NCBI GenBank assembly: GCA_002269645.1
Contig: NIVC01000151.1
Span: forward strand, 124,001 to 188,000
Length of the DNA stretch: 64,000 bases
DNA from: Macrostomum lignano
Lineage: Eukaryota
Direction: 5' to 3'
Position 1 is the first letter of the stretch; the number at the start of each line of letters is the position of its first letter. The position numbers and the translations under genes are program-made. Below the pieces are notes generated by a model, which ran no database searches, was not told the DNA's origin, and was given only the letters and a program-made list of their open reading frames with translations. Shown here piece after piece: positions 39,196 to 50,594 of this stretch.

Positions 39196-39315
39196 TTGTC
39201 AGAATTTATTAGAGATTATTCTAGACTCGTGCAAGCTGTGGGTGGCTTTGGGGATGACCTGTGCTGTGCTGCCAGCTTTGGCCGTTTTTTCTGAAACCGA
39301 TCGCATACCTAGATA

Positions 39316-39592
39316 CCTGTTTGTCTGTTTGTCTTAGTGGTCAGTTTGTCTTAGTAGTCTGTTTGTCTTAGTGGTCTGTCTGTCTTAGTAGTCTGTTTGT
39401 CTTAGTGGTCTGTTTGTCTTAGTGGTCTGTTTGTCTTAGTGGTCTGTTTGTCTTAGTGGTCTGTCTGTCTTAGTAGTCTGTTTGTCTTAGTGGTCTGTTT
39501 GTCTTAGTGGTCTGTTTGTCTTAGTGGTCTGTTTGTCTTAGTGGTCTGTCTGTCTTAGTGGTCTGTTTGGCTTAGTGGTCTGTTTGTCTTTC
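39316..39592. repeat. 17-bp minisatellite GTCTGTTTGTCTTAGTG
   Basis: Tandem units visible. Confidence 0.92.
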
Positions 39593-40012
39593 TGCCTACC
39601 AATAAGAGTCTTATTAAAAGCTTTGCTAAGAAGTAGCTCGTAGAATTTCATCATTCCGTGCATTCTGTGGTCACACTCTGTTGTCTATGGTCAAAATCGA
39701 TCAAAGGTTTCGCCGGCTACATGATCAGCAGGTAACGAAGTGTAACGGAGCGTCTTGCTGTTTTATTTTCCAACTTAGGTACATTGCTAAATATCAAAAA
39801 GCCTTAAAGCCATTTTCTGCAGCTGCTGCAGCATATGCGACACCAAGGTGTTGATGTGGCAACAGAAATCGATTAGAATTTATTCGAGTTTATTTGAGAC
39901 TCGTGCAGCTGTGCTGCCAGCGGGAGGCCCATTGTTAAAACTTTAGGTTTGATTAAGACCAACAGTCAAAATTCCTATCGGGCTGTCATGAAAAAACCAC
40001 GCATTGATTTCT

Positions 40013-41382
40013 TCAATTAGCGCAAAAGTTCTCCAGCTCGCGCAGCTCCGAGAGGCCAAGAGCCGCCTTCGCAGTTGCGTAGCAAACCATTCGGCCTCTG
40101 AGGACGTATTCAGAGTTGCTGTCAAAGCCGAGTCTCAGGCACCGAGGCGCCTTTGTCTTACTCCACTCCAGGTCTGCGTCAGCGGCCAGAAATGACTGGT
40201 TCAGGTAGAAGGTGCTGAGGCTCTTCCCGGTGAACACGGCTGCGGACGACACGAGCTGAGCAACGTTGCTGGTTGAAAGCGGAGCCGCGCTGGACTGGCG
40301 AGTTTGCTGATAGTTGGGCCACGTTGACTGGCTGGGAAACGGGTGCTCCACCCACAGCCGGCCCCGCGGTCCCCGAACCTTCCAACGAAGACACCCGAGC
40401 AGTCGTGGAAGAAGTGGTAGCTCTGCTGGTAGTAGGTGCGTCTGATCACCCTGGCGAAGAAGGTGAAGTTCCTCGGATGGTCCAGGTAGTTGGTGCCGAG
40501 AGCGCCGCCGTCTGTGTCGACATCGATGAAGTTAGAGCTGCCTCCGGGAAAGTGGGCGCCTCGTTCGTCTCTGGTTATCGAGCCTCGAGGAGTCGCTACG
40601 TACTTTGAGGGATCGACGACGTTTTTGAATCCTTTGCGGAAGTCGAACAGGATGAGTAGCTTCGAGAGCAGGGCGGAGCTGAGGCTGACGGCAGTAGCCG
40701 CAGATGTAGCAGACTTTGCTGCATTCACAGTGTCTGGAGAGGTCATACTCGGAGCGGTTGTTGTCAGAGCGGTTGTTGTCGGAGAGGCTGTTGTCGGAGA
40801 GGTTGTCGGAGCGGTTGTTGTCGGAGCGGTTGTTGTCGGAGCGGTTGTTGTCGGAGCGGTTGTTGTCGGAGAGGCTGTTGTCGGAGAGGTTGTCGGAGTG
40901 GTTGTTGTCGGAGCGGTTGTTGTCGGAGCGGTTGTTGTCGGAGAGGTTGTTGTCGGAGAGGTTGTTGTCGGAGAGGTTGTTGTCGGAGCGGTTGTTACCA
41001 TTGAAGCATCGGACGCCCCAGAAGCTGCTGTGGTTCCTTGGTCTCCGGTAGTCCAGTTTGAGATCCTGACGTGGCTGACGCACCCAGGTGCCGCAGACTC
41101 CACAAACAGAGTTCCCAGCTGCTCAGCGGTACCGAAGTAGCACACGGAGTCCAGGTCCAAAGCTCTGTGCAGCACGGAGCAGCTTTTGTCGGAGGCGCAC
41201 TCGATAAAGCAGGCCCGAAGGTCTCGAAGGCCTTCGAGGCGTCTCAGCTGGATGAGGCTTGAGCTGTCAGTTGGGCATTTGGATACTTTTTGAAAAACAA
41301 CCTTGGTGCTGGTACCGGAGCTGCTGGTTGCACCTGCGGCTGCCACAGCCATCAGGATGAAGCAAGCTGTGTAGGTCATCAT
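40013..41382 (-). CDS. Secreted protein: signal peptide, PAN/apple-like Cys domain, (TTAPT/TTSPT)n mucin-like stalk, LamG/ConA-like C-terminal domain
   Basis: Hydrophobic N-terminus MMTYTACFILMAVAAAGA; CFIECASDKSC...C pattern; 15-bp coding repeat at about 40741-40995. A 47-nt GT-AG intron (40378-40332) joins ORF 40201-41382 to ORF 40013-40351 in frame; a 1-nt frameshift is the alternative. Confidence 0.7.
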
Positions 41383-41802
41383 GCGTTTACTGCGATAACA
41401 CGGTCGCTGATGGATGCAAGCAGGTGTTCACGTATAAATCTTTTTCTTGCTATACAATCTTCTCTGCGATTGGTCGGTTGGAGGGGAGCAGAGCTTTCTG
41501 CAGAGCCTCACGAGCGGCATCCGCAATGCAACAGGGTGGGCAAATTTTCGAGCGCGGCTACGTTGATTCGTGGGTCAGCGAAATCCTGGCCTGAGGCTTG
41601 TGCGATTCGGGCGTACGTTGATGACGGGGAAATCGGGGCTGCTGTACAGAACGTGACTTGGAGTTGATCTTGGGTCCAAAAGCAGAGAATCAACTGAAGG
41701 TAGCTCGTGCTATGCATCATGAGTTAGTTTGCTTTTATCAATACTAATGATAATATCTAGATATTTGCAGTAAGGGCTGTATGCACCCTGGCACAACGCC
41801 TT

Positions 41803-42340
41803 CAGGCTTGTGACTTTCTAATCGTCAGGCTTGTGACTTTCTTATTGTCAGGCTTGTGACTTTCTAATCGTCAGGCTTGTGACTTTCTTATTGTCAGGCT
41901 TGTGACTTTCTAATCGTCAGGCTTGTGACTTTCTAATCGTCAGGCTTGTGACTTTCTAATCGTCAGGCTTGTGACTTTCTAATTGTCAGGCTTGTGACTT
42001 TCTAATCGTCAGGCTTGTGAATTTCTAATCGTCAGGCTTGTGACTTTCTAATCGTCAGGCTTGTGACTTTCTAATCGTCAGGGTTGCGACTTTCTAATCG
42101 TCAGGCTTGTGACTTTCTAATTGTCAGGCTTGTGACTTTCTAATCGTCAGGCTTGTGAATTTCTAATCGTCAGGCTTGTGACTTTCTAATCGTCAGGCTT
42201 GTGACTTTCTAATCGTCAGGCTTGTGACTTTCTAATCGTCAGGCTTGCGACTTTCTAATCGTCAGGCTTGTGACTTTCTAATCGTCAGGGTTGTGACTTT
42301 CTAATCGTCAGGCTTGTGACTTTCTAATCGTCAGGCTTGT
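41803..42340. repeat. 23-bp minisatellite CAGGCTTGTGACTTTCTAATCGT
   Basis: About 23 units. Confidence 0.95.
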
Positions 42341-42968
42341 ACCTTCTCTGTGCTTGTGGGGAGGCTGGCCCTCAATGGTGGTTTACCGCACGACAACCCA
42401 TCGACAAATTTTGGTGCACAATTGCCTCAAATAAATGCAGCCTTTGTCATTCACGCTGTTTCAGTCATTACACAATCACTCGGGATTCGAGCTTATCCGT
42501 TGACATATTCTACGCTCATAGGTCGTTTTCCACAGGAAAAATTGAAATAATTTTTCATCTGAGCTCGCGCCGGGGGCGCCAAAGATAATCATAGATTGAG
42601 TACTTTAGAACCATGCATACGTGCAAAGTAATGTGAGCAGTTTCTACCTTAATATAATTGATGTTTTTTCTGATAAATGATGTTTTCTGTAGTGCCAGGA
42701 ATGGCATGTGGATTGCAGACGGTGTGACAGATTGTCAAGAGCTCACACTGTCAATCATCCGCGTCTGTCATGTTAGAGGGATATCGCATTGACTCAGTTC
42801 CCACGAAATTGTTCCAAAGGCTGAGTAGAGACCACAGCATCCGCTGGAGACAAGTGCGGCTACAAGTAGGTGCAGGTGGCAGCTTGGCTGAAAAGCTCTG
42901 AGTTGTTAGCGCTTGCACCTGCCACTAACCTGCCTAATGTATCCGAACTTTAAGAGAATTTTTATTTC

Positions 42969-43705
42969 TCTGGCGGATTCTTCCTTTGGGACTGGCGGAT
43001 TCTTCACCCGGGACTGGCGGATTCTTCACCCGGGACTGGCGGATTCCTCACCCGGGACTGGCAGATTCCTCACCCGGGACTGGCGGATTCCTCACCCGGG
43101 ACTGGCAGATTCCTCACCCGGGACTGGCAGATTCCTCACCCGGGACTGGCGGATTCCTCACCCGGGACTGGCGGATTCCTCACCCGGGACTGGCGGATTC
43201 CTCACCCGGGACTGGCGGATTCCTCACCCGGGACTGGCGGATTCCTCACCCGGGACTGGCGGATTCTTCACCCGGGACTGGCGGATTCTTCACCCGGGAC
43301 TGGCGGATTCTTCACCCGGGACTGGCGGATTCCTCACCCGGGACTGGCAGATTCTTCACCCGGGACTGGCAGATTCCTCACCCGGGACTGGCGGATTCCT
43401 CACCCGGGACTGGCGGATTCCTCACCCGGGACTGGCGGATTCCTCACCCGGGACTGGCGGATTCCTCACCCGGGACTGGCAGATTCCTCACCCGGGACTG
43501 GCGGATTCCTCACCCGGGACTGGCGGATTCCTCACCCGGGACTGGCGGATTCCTCACTCGGGACTGGCGGATTCCTCACCCGGGACTGGCGGATTCCTCA
43601 CCCGGGACTGGCGGATTCCTCACCCGGGACTGGCGGATTCCTCACCCGGGACTGGCGGATTCCTCACCCGGGACTGGCGGATTCCTCACTCAGGACTGGC
43701 GGATC
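42969..43705. repeat. 22-bp minisatellite GGCGGATTCCTCACCCGGGACT
   Basis: About 33 units. Confidence 0.95.
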
Positions 43706-44699
43706 CTCTCTTCACAAGAGCCATGTCCCAATAAGCCATTGTAAAGCATTTTTCAATAAAATTTGAAGTCAGAAAGCTTTTTCAGTTGTGTTTCAGATTC
43801 TCCAATCGCTCTGAATCAGGTCTGATGGATTTGAGAAGCAAATTTATTCAATCTGCACGAGTATAGAGACACAAAACTCAGTTGCCGGGCAGCCGTGGTG
43901 AATCGAGCTGCAGGACTCACGACAGAAAAGTTTTCAGTCAAATAAAATTCAAAAGACAAAAACGGGGGACGAGCGAGTCGGACTGATTAGACGAGAAACA
44001 CCTGCTGAAAATTCAGCGAGCCTTTCAACAAAGTTCACACGAATTAAACAGTGAAAAGGTATTGAAGTGCAACTACAAATAAAACGCATTGAGAGCCCTC
44101 AAGAGGCGTCTCCTCGGGCTCTGCGCACCCGGGTGCGCCGGGGTCGCCAACACCGCGGACTGCCGTCTTCAAGTTCTAATAATCAGGCTCAGCTTTTACT
44201 CCAGAACTCCAAAAGAAAACTTTCACGGCTTTGCAAAAATTGCCATTTCTGTCACTAAGTTTTTGTATCTCGCAAGAGCTGTGATTGAGCCAGTTTGCCC
44301 CATTTGCGCCTGATGAGTTTGAGCACCAGCCACCATGCAGGCAGCTTTCGTGCTGGAAAAATGAAAATTTCCTTCTCATGAGCTTTGCAACAAAAGCTGA
44401 GGCCAAACAGAATAAACAAACGGCAAAAATCTTTCGACAGTTTGAAAAATGACAAAAAATTATAGTAAAAAGTTCTCAAGACCTTTAAAACTTTTCTGTG
44501 TTCTTTCTGCAACAACTGAAAAAATATGCAGAGAGTCTCACCCAAATCCCCCCTCTGCCACAAGGAAATACGCAACGGAGGAAAATAATAAAAAAGCAAT
44601 TATATTGTTCCTAACAAATTTTCACAATAACTTTTTCTGGAACACGCATACACAGACAGCGACAAAAAAGCTTGAGTAGACTGGAGGAGGCGCGAACGG

Positions 44700-45517
44700 G
44701 CAGTGGGGCGGTTGGGCTGAGATGGGGTGACTCCGGCTGCCGCCCCCCCTCTACTCACTGGGCAGCGGGGCGGATGGGCTTAGATGGGGTGACTCCGGCT
44801 GCCGCCCCCCCCTCTACTCACTGGGCAGCGGGGCGGATGGGCTGAGATGGGGTGACTCCGGCTGCCGCCCCCCCCTCTACTCACTGGGCAGCGGGGCGGA
44901 TGGGCTGAGATGGGGTGACTCCGGCTGCCGCCCCCCCCCTCTACTCACTGGGCAGCGGGGCGGATGAGCTGAGATGGGGTGACTCCGGCTGCCGCCCCCC
45001 CTCTACTCACTGGGCAGCGGGGCGGATGGGCTGAGATGGGGTGACTCCGGCTGCCGCCCCCCTCTTCTCACTGGGCAGCGGGGCGGATGGGCTGAGATGG
45101 GGTGACTCCGGCTGCCGCCCCCCCTCTACTCACTGGGCAGCGGGGCGGATGGGCTGAGATGGGGTGACTCCGGCTGCCGCCCCCCCCCTCTACTCACTGG
45201 GCAGCGGGGCGGATGGGCTGAGATGGGGTGACTCCGGCTGCCGCCCCCCCCCTCTACTCACTGGGCAGCGGGGCGGATGAGCTGAGATGGGGTGACTCCG
45301 GCTGCCGCCCCCCCCTCTACTCACTGGGCAGCGGGGCGGATGAGCTGAGATGGGGTGACTCCGGCTGCCGCCCCCCCCTCTACTCACTGGGCAGCGGGGC
45401 GGATGGGCTGAGATGGGGTGACTCCGGCTGCCGCCCCCCCCTCTACTCACTGGGCAGCGGGGCGGATGGGCTGAGATGGGGTGACTCCGGCTGCCGCCCC
45501 CCCCCTCTCCTCACTGG
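44700..45517. repeat. About 60-bp GC-rich minisatellite with G-runs and a variable C-run
   Basis: About 13 units. Confidence 0.95.
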
Positions 45518-45566
45518 ACGCAGCTGCGCTCATCAAATAAGCAACTGCAACGCTTTGTCAAAGCGG

Positions 45567-45640
45567 GTGGCCGTGGCCGAGAGGTCAATTGTATCGTTCT
45601 TATGAGCTGCAGGTCCCGGGTTCGATTCCCAGTGGGATCA
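45567..45640 (+). other. tRNA-like fragment (pseudo-tRNA or SINE head)
   Basis: A box TGGCCGAGAGG and B box GGTTCGATTCC at tRNA spacing, but the acceptor stem does not pair. Confidence 0.5.
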
Positions 45641-46029
45641 AACTTGGATTTTAGCCTATTTTTCACCATCTTATACAAGCAGAAAACTGGAGTAGGGAAC
45701 ACATTGAAAATGTACAGGCGATTCAATCAGAATTATTCCCAGTCAGGGGCGCATTGGCTTGAGGGAGTCTGGGACTGATGAGGTGAGACAGACTGGAAAA
45801 AAACAAATAATAGAGACAAAATGTTGAATCAAAAACCATAAAAACTGAACTATCTCGTCAGAGTTCGCAAGAGACCGCCGTGCCGGTCCCGTTGCAGAAA
45901 TTGCTTTCGTGCTGCGGCTGCTGCGGCTGGCTGCAATTGACAGGGCGGCCTGCGGCCTGAATGCGCTACTCACAGTGAGTAGTAGCTATGGGATTATGCT
46001 CCCGCTACTTGCGACGAGGCATTTGAGCT

Positions 46030-46706
46030 CCTGACCCTACTGGCACTGCCTCACAAAGCTCCCGACCCCACAAAGCTCCTGACCCCACCAGCACTGCCCC
46101 CAAAGCTCCTGACGCCACCAGCACTGCCCCACAAAGCTCCCGACCCCACAAAGCTCCTGACCCCACCAGCACTGCCCCCAAAGCTCCTGACGCCACCAGC
46201 ACTGCCCCACAAAGCTCCCGACCCCACAAAGCTCCTGACGCCACCAGCACTGCCCCCAAAGCTCCTGACCCCACCAGCACTGCCCCTAAAGCTCCTGCTC
46301 CCAAAGCTCCTGACCCCACCAGCACTGCCCCCCAAAGCTCCTGACCCCACCAGCACTGCCCCACAAAGCTCCTGACCCCACCAGCACTGCCCCACAAAGC
46401 TCCTGACCCCACCAGCACTGCCCCCAAAGCTCCTGACCCCACCAGCACTGCCCCCAAAGCTCCTGACCCCACCAGCACTGCCCCCCAAAGCTCCTGACCC
46501 CACCAGCTCTGCCCCCAAAGCTCCTGACCCCACCAGCACTGCCCCACAAAGCTCCTGACCCCACCAGCTCTGCCCCTAAAGCTCCTGACCCCACCAGCAC
46601 TGCCCCCAAAGCTCCTGACCCCACCAGCACTGCCCCTAAAGCTCCTGCTCCCAAAGCTCCTGACCCCACCAGCACTGCCCCCCAAAGCTCCTGACCCCAC
46701 CAGCAC
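46030..46706. repeat. About 30-32-bp minisatellite CCACCAGCACTGCCCCACAAAGCTCCTGACC
   Basis: Tandem variant units. Confidence 0.92.
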
Positions 46707-47384
46707 TCACAGAGCGAGTCACGGCCAGACCAACTGGCCAGTGCAGAGAAGCTCGGCCTGCGGATTGTCTGAAATGAGAAAGTCGCAGGTAAAAATTACA
46801 CAAAGACAGAGCTACATAAAGTTTATGGCATTAGAATTCTCCTTGAGCAGAAAGTGAAGTTTTTGACCAGATTGCCTTTGGTCATAAACATAAACTGAGT
46901 CACCATCAGGTAAGTTTTACTTTCAGTTGATGCTGTTTTTTAATTTGGAATTTCCAAGAAGATATGGCTTGGCAAAACTGATGTAGCCAGCCACCTTATC
47001 GGTGTGAGAGCCCCCCGCGCAGCCTGGCTAAAGGGCGATCAGCACAAGAATCGCAACCTGGGCCAATATTAACAAATGAAATTCCCAATTCTGCCCCAAA
47101 CCGACCCAGCAGTCGGACGCGAGAGAAAAATCTTCCAATTAGAAAACCGTGCATGAAAAAATGTCAGACAGTCCTGCAGTTATTCGGCAGTGGCTAAGGT
47201 AGAGTGCATCAGATCGCACTAGGGTGGTGGCTGCAGGAGGCGAAGCCACCGATCTGTCAGGCCGGAGCTGCTAGCTGGATTAGATAAAGATAAGCCCCGC
47301 TCCCCTCCTTCGCCCCTCCTCCCCACAGAATCCGCCAAGTGTTTACGAGCGCAAAACTGCATCCCCAGCCAGCCGCTGACCAGG

Positions 47385-48337
47385 GATTCCCCGAAAGAGA
47401 TTCTGGAGTGGAAGGCCAGGGAGTCCCAGAGAGCGATTCTGGAGAGGAGTCCCAGAGTGAGATTCTGGAGCGGAAGGCCAGGGAGTCCCAGAGAGATCCT
47501 GGAGCGGGAGTCCCAGAGAGATCCTGGAGCGGGAGTCCCAGAGAGAGATTCTGGAGCGGAAGGCCAGGGAGTCCCAGAGAGAGATCCTGGAGCGGGAGTC
47601 CGAGAGAGAGATTCTGGAGCGGAAGGCCAGGGAGTCCCAGAGAGATCCTGGAGCGGGAGTCCCAGAGAGAGATTCTGGAGCGGAAGGTTAGGGAGTCCCA
47701 GAGAGAGATTCTGGAGCGGAAGGCCAGGGAGTCCCAGAGAGAGATCCTGGAGCGGGAGTACCAGAGAGAGATTCTGGAGCGGAAGGCCAGGGAGTCCCAG
47801 AGAGAGATCCTGGAGCGGGAGTACCAGAGAGAGATTCTGGAGCGGAAGGCCAGGGAGTCCCAGAGTGAGATTCTGGAGCGGAAGGCCAGGGAGTCCCAGA
47901 GAGAGATTCTGGAGCGGAAGGCCAGGGAGTCCCAGAGAGAGATCCTGGAGCGGGAGTACCAGAGAGAGATTCTGGAGCGGAAGGCCAGGGAGTCCCAGAG
48001 TGAGATTCTGGAGCGGAAGGTCAGGGAGTCCCAGAGAGAGATTCTGGAGCGGAAGGCCAGGGAGTCCCAGAGAGAGATTCTGGAGCGGAAGGCCAGGGAG
48101 TCCCAGAGTGAGATTCTGGAGCGGAAGGCCAGGGAGTCCCAGAGAGAGATTCTGGAGCGGAAGGCCAGGGAGTCCCAGAGAGAGATTCTGGAGCGGAAGG
48201 CCAGGGAGTCCCAGAGAGAGATTCTGGAGCGGAAGGCCAGGGAGTCCCAGAGTGAGATTCTGGAGCGGAAGGCCAGGGAGTCCCAGAGAGAGATTCTGGA
48301 GCGGAAGGCCAGGGAGTCCCAGAGTGAGATTCTGGAT
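47385..48337. repeat. 36-bp minisatellite GAGATTCTGGAGCGGAAGGCCAGGGAGTCCCAGAGA with shorter variants
   Basis: Tandem units visible. Confidence 0.95.
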
Positions 48338-49089
48338 TCCAAAGAATTTCCTTCCTGATTTTTTATCTTAAAATTGGCCAAGTTTCAAAGTTTCAACGCT
48401 GCAAAATGCTGAATTTTCCAAAAAATAAAACTTTAAGTCCGTGCGGGAAGACTTTACAATAATTGGCCCAAAGTTGAAGCAAACATGCATTTTCGGTGCT
48501 CGGGGTCCAGTCCAGGTCTTTAGTAGTTTTCGGCGTCCCCCGGCCTGACCCTCCAGTCTCCCGACAGACCATCAGCTGGGGCAGCCACTGTGGGGGTGGC
48601 GGGGGAGGCCCCGACCTGCAGCCGTAAAACTTGCACTGCGCCCGCCAAGAGGGCCAATTTCTGCCTGCCTCCCCTGTTCTTTGTTCTTTTGATTTCCCTG
48701 CCATTTTGGCCGGGTTCCCCCTGCCTGGCCGGCGCAGCATCCCATATTTCATTATCCCCGATTTCCCCCCTAGCAACCCGGCGCGTGGGCCGAGGGCCCT
48801 TTGCGCAGCAGCGGAAAGTTGGTTCTGCCGCGGGGCTCCCCGGATTTGGAGCGGCATCACCTGTGGCCTGTGGTTTATGGCTGGCTGGGGGGGAATTGGG
48901 GATAAAAAATGCACAACAATTTGCCCTGCACAATTTCTTTAGAGTTGGCAGATTTTGGCAATACAGCGACAGAGCCTGCCAGACTGGCCGCCTGCTGCTG
49001 GGGCGTTGCGGCACTTGCGCTGCGCGATACGCCATGACTAAAGAAAATGAAGAACAACAGGAAATTTGAGTGAAGAGAAGAGAGACAGA

Positions 49090-49372
49090 AGGGAGGACAG
49101 GGTGACGGGAGATAACAGACAGTGACGGGAGACAGCAGACAGTGACGGGAGATAACAGACAGTGACGGGAGACAGCAGACAGTGACGGGAGATAACAGAC
49201 AGTGACGGGAGACAGCAGACAGTGGCGAGAGACAGCAGACAGTGACAGTAGAGTGCGGCAACAGAAGACAGCAGAAAGTGACAGCAGACAGCTGACAGCA
49301 GACAGCAGACAGCAGACAGCAGACAGTGACAGCAGACAGTGACAGCAGACAGCAGACAGTGACAGCAGACAG
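49090..49372. repeat. Purine-rich ACAG-based short repeat
   Basis: CAGACAGTGACGGGAGA / CAGCAGA units. Confidence 0.8.
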
Positions 49373-49895
49373 GAGAAAGCGTGAGTCAGAGCCCCAGAAC
49401 CTCGGGCAGCCCAGGTTTCCGCAGCCAGGCGCTCATCTGCAAGAGTCCATGCCGCACTTCTCAGCCTGGCTGGGCTCATTGCTCCGGGGATTCTCGGAAA
49501 TTGGCGCGCCACGTCTCTCAACCCTGCACCCGCCCTCCCCGGCCGTCTGTCTGCTACAAATGCGCAGAAATTGAGGCCGGCCGAGATGAAGCGGCCGGGC
49601 AACTCGAAGATTCCCCATGGGAAGCAGGCCGAGCCGAGCCGCAAATGAAGAGAGCAGACAGACTCCGCAGTGACCCCCCTGACCCCCGTCGCTCGAGCAG
49701 TGAATTCCGCAGCCTCCTGGGCCAGGCGGATCCATCCGTTTTCCTATCGGCGTGCAGAAAATGCAAAATTCAGTTTGCCCAGCACAGAGCAGCTGGACAA
49801 ATCATGCGGCGCAGTTTTACTGCAGATGCAGCTGCTCAGCGGTATCGAGTGTTATGGTCTCAAAATACTGTTTCCTCGGGAGTAATGGCAGCGTC

Positions 49896-50432
49896 TGCTC
49901 ACATGAGGTGGCCCCCCCTTATCTGATTGGCCCAGCGCCTTCCCGAGTGGCTCACATGAGGTGGGCCCCCTTATCTGATTGGCCCAGCGCCTTCCCGAGT
50001 GGCTCACATGAGGTGGGCCCCTTATCTGATTGGCCCAGCGCCTTCCCGAGTGGCTCACATGAGGTGGGCCCCCTTATCTGATTGGCACAGCGCCTTCCCG
50101 AGTGGCTCACATGAGGTGGGCCCCCTTATCTGATTGGCCCAGCGCCTTCCCGAGTGGCTCACATGAGGTGGGCCCCCTTATCTGATTGGCCCAGCGCCTT
50201 CCCGAGTGGCTCACATGAGGTGGGCCCCCTTATCTGATTGGCACAGCGCCTTCCCGAGTGGCTCACATGAGGTGGGCCCCCTTATCTGATTGGCCCAGCG
50301 CCTTCCCGAGTGGCTCACATGAGGTGGGCCCCCTTATCTGATTGGCCCAGCGCCTTCCCGAGTGGCTCACATGAGGTGGGCCCCCTTATCTGATTGGCCC
50401 AGCGCCTTCCCGAGTGGCTCACATGAGGTGGG
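49896..50432. repeat. 51/52-bp minisatellite spanning an exon end and splice donor
   Basis: About 10 units; the minus-strand unit contains CCCACCTCAT|GTGAGC. Confidence 0.95.
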
Positions 50433-50594
50433 CACGAAAGAGCCGCCAGCTGCATTGGCGGGGCCGCCAGTCATGTGGTAGGCAGCGGCCGTGGCGGCAG
50501 CCGCCAGCTGCTGCTGCTGCTGCTGCTGGCTGGTCGGCTGGTAAACCGGGGCGCCGTTCTTGCTGTCGGCCACAGCGGTTCGCTTGCTGGCGAC
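50423..50594 (-). CDS. mbl: Muscleblind-like exon (VASKRTAVADSKNGAPVYQPT...SFVPTS)
   Basis: tttgccag acceptor and T|gtgagc donor. KR..D-K-x-G-x-P-V-Y-Q-P...FVPxSC matches my recollection of the invertebrate Muscleblind C-terminal region. No CCCH zinc fingers were seen in the window. Confidence 0.55.

Noticed and set aside
45567-45640. Functional tRNA gene (also 32356-32430 and the B box near 17790)
   Set aside because: A and B boxes are present but the acceptor and anticodon stems do not pair; more likely SINE heads or pseudogenes.
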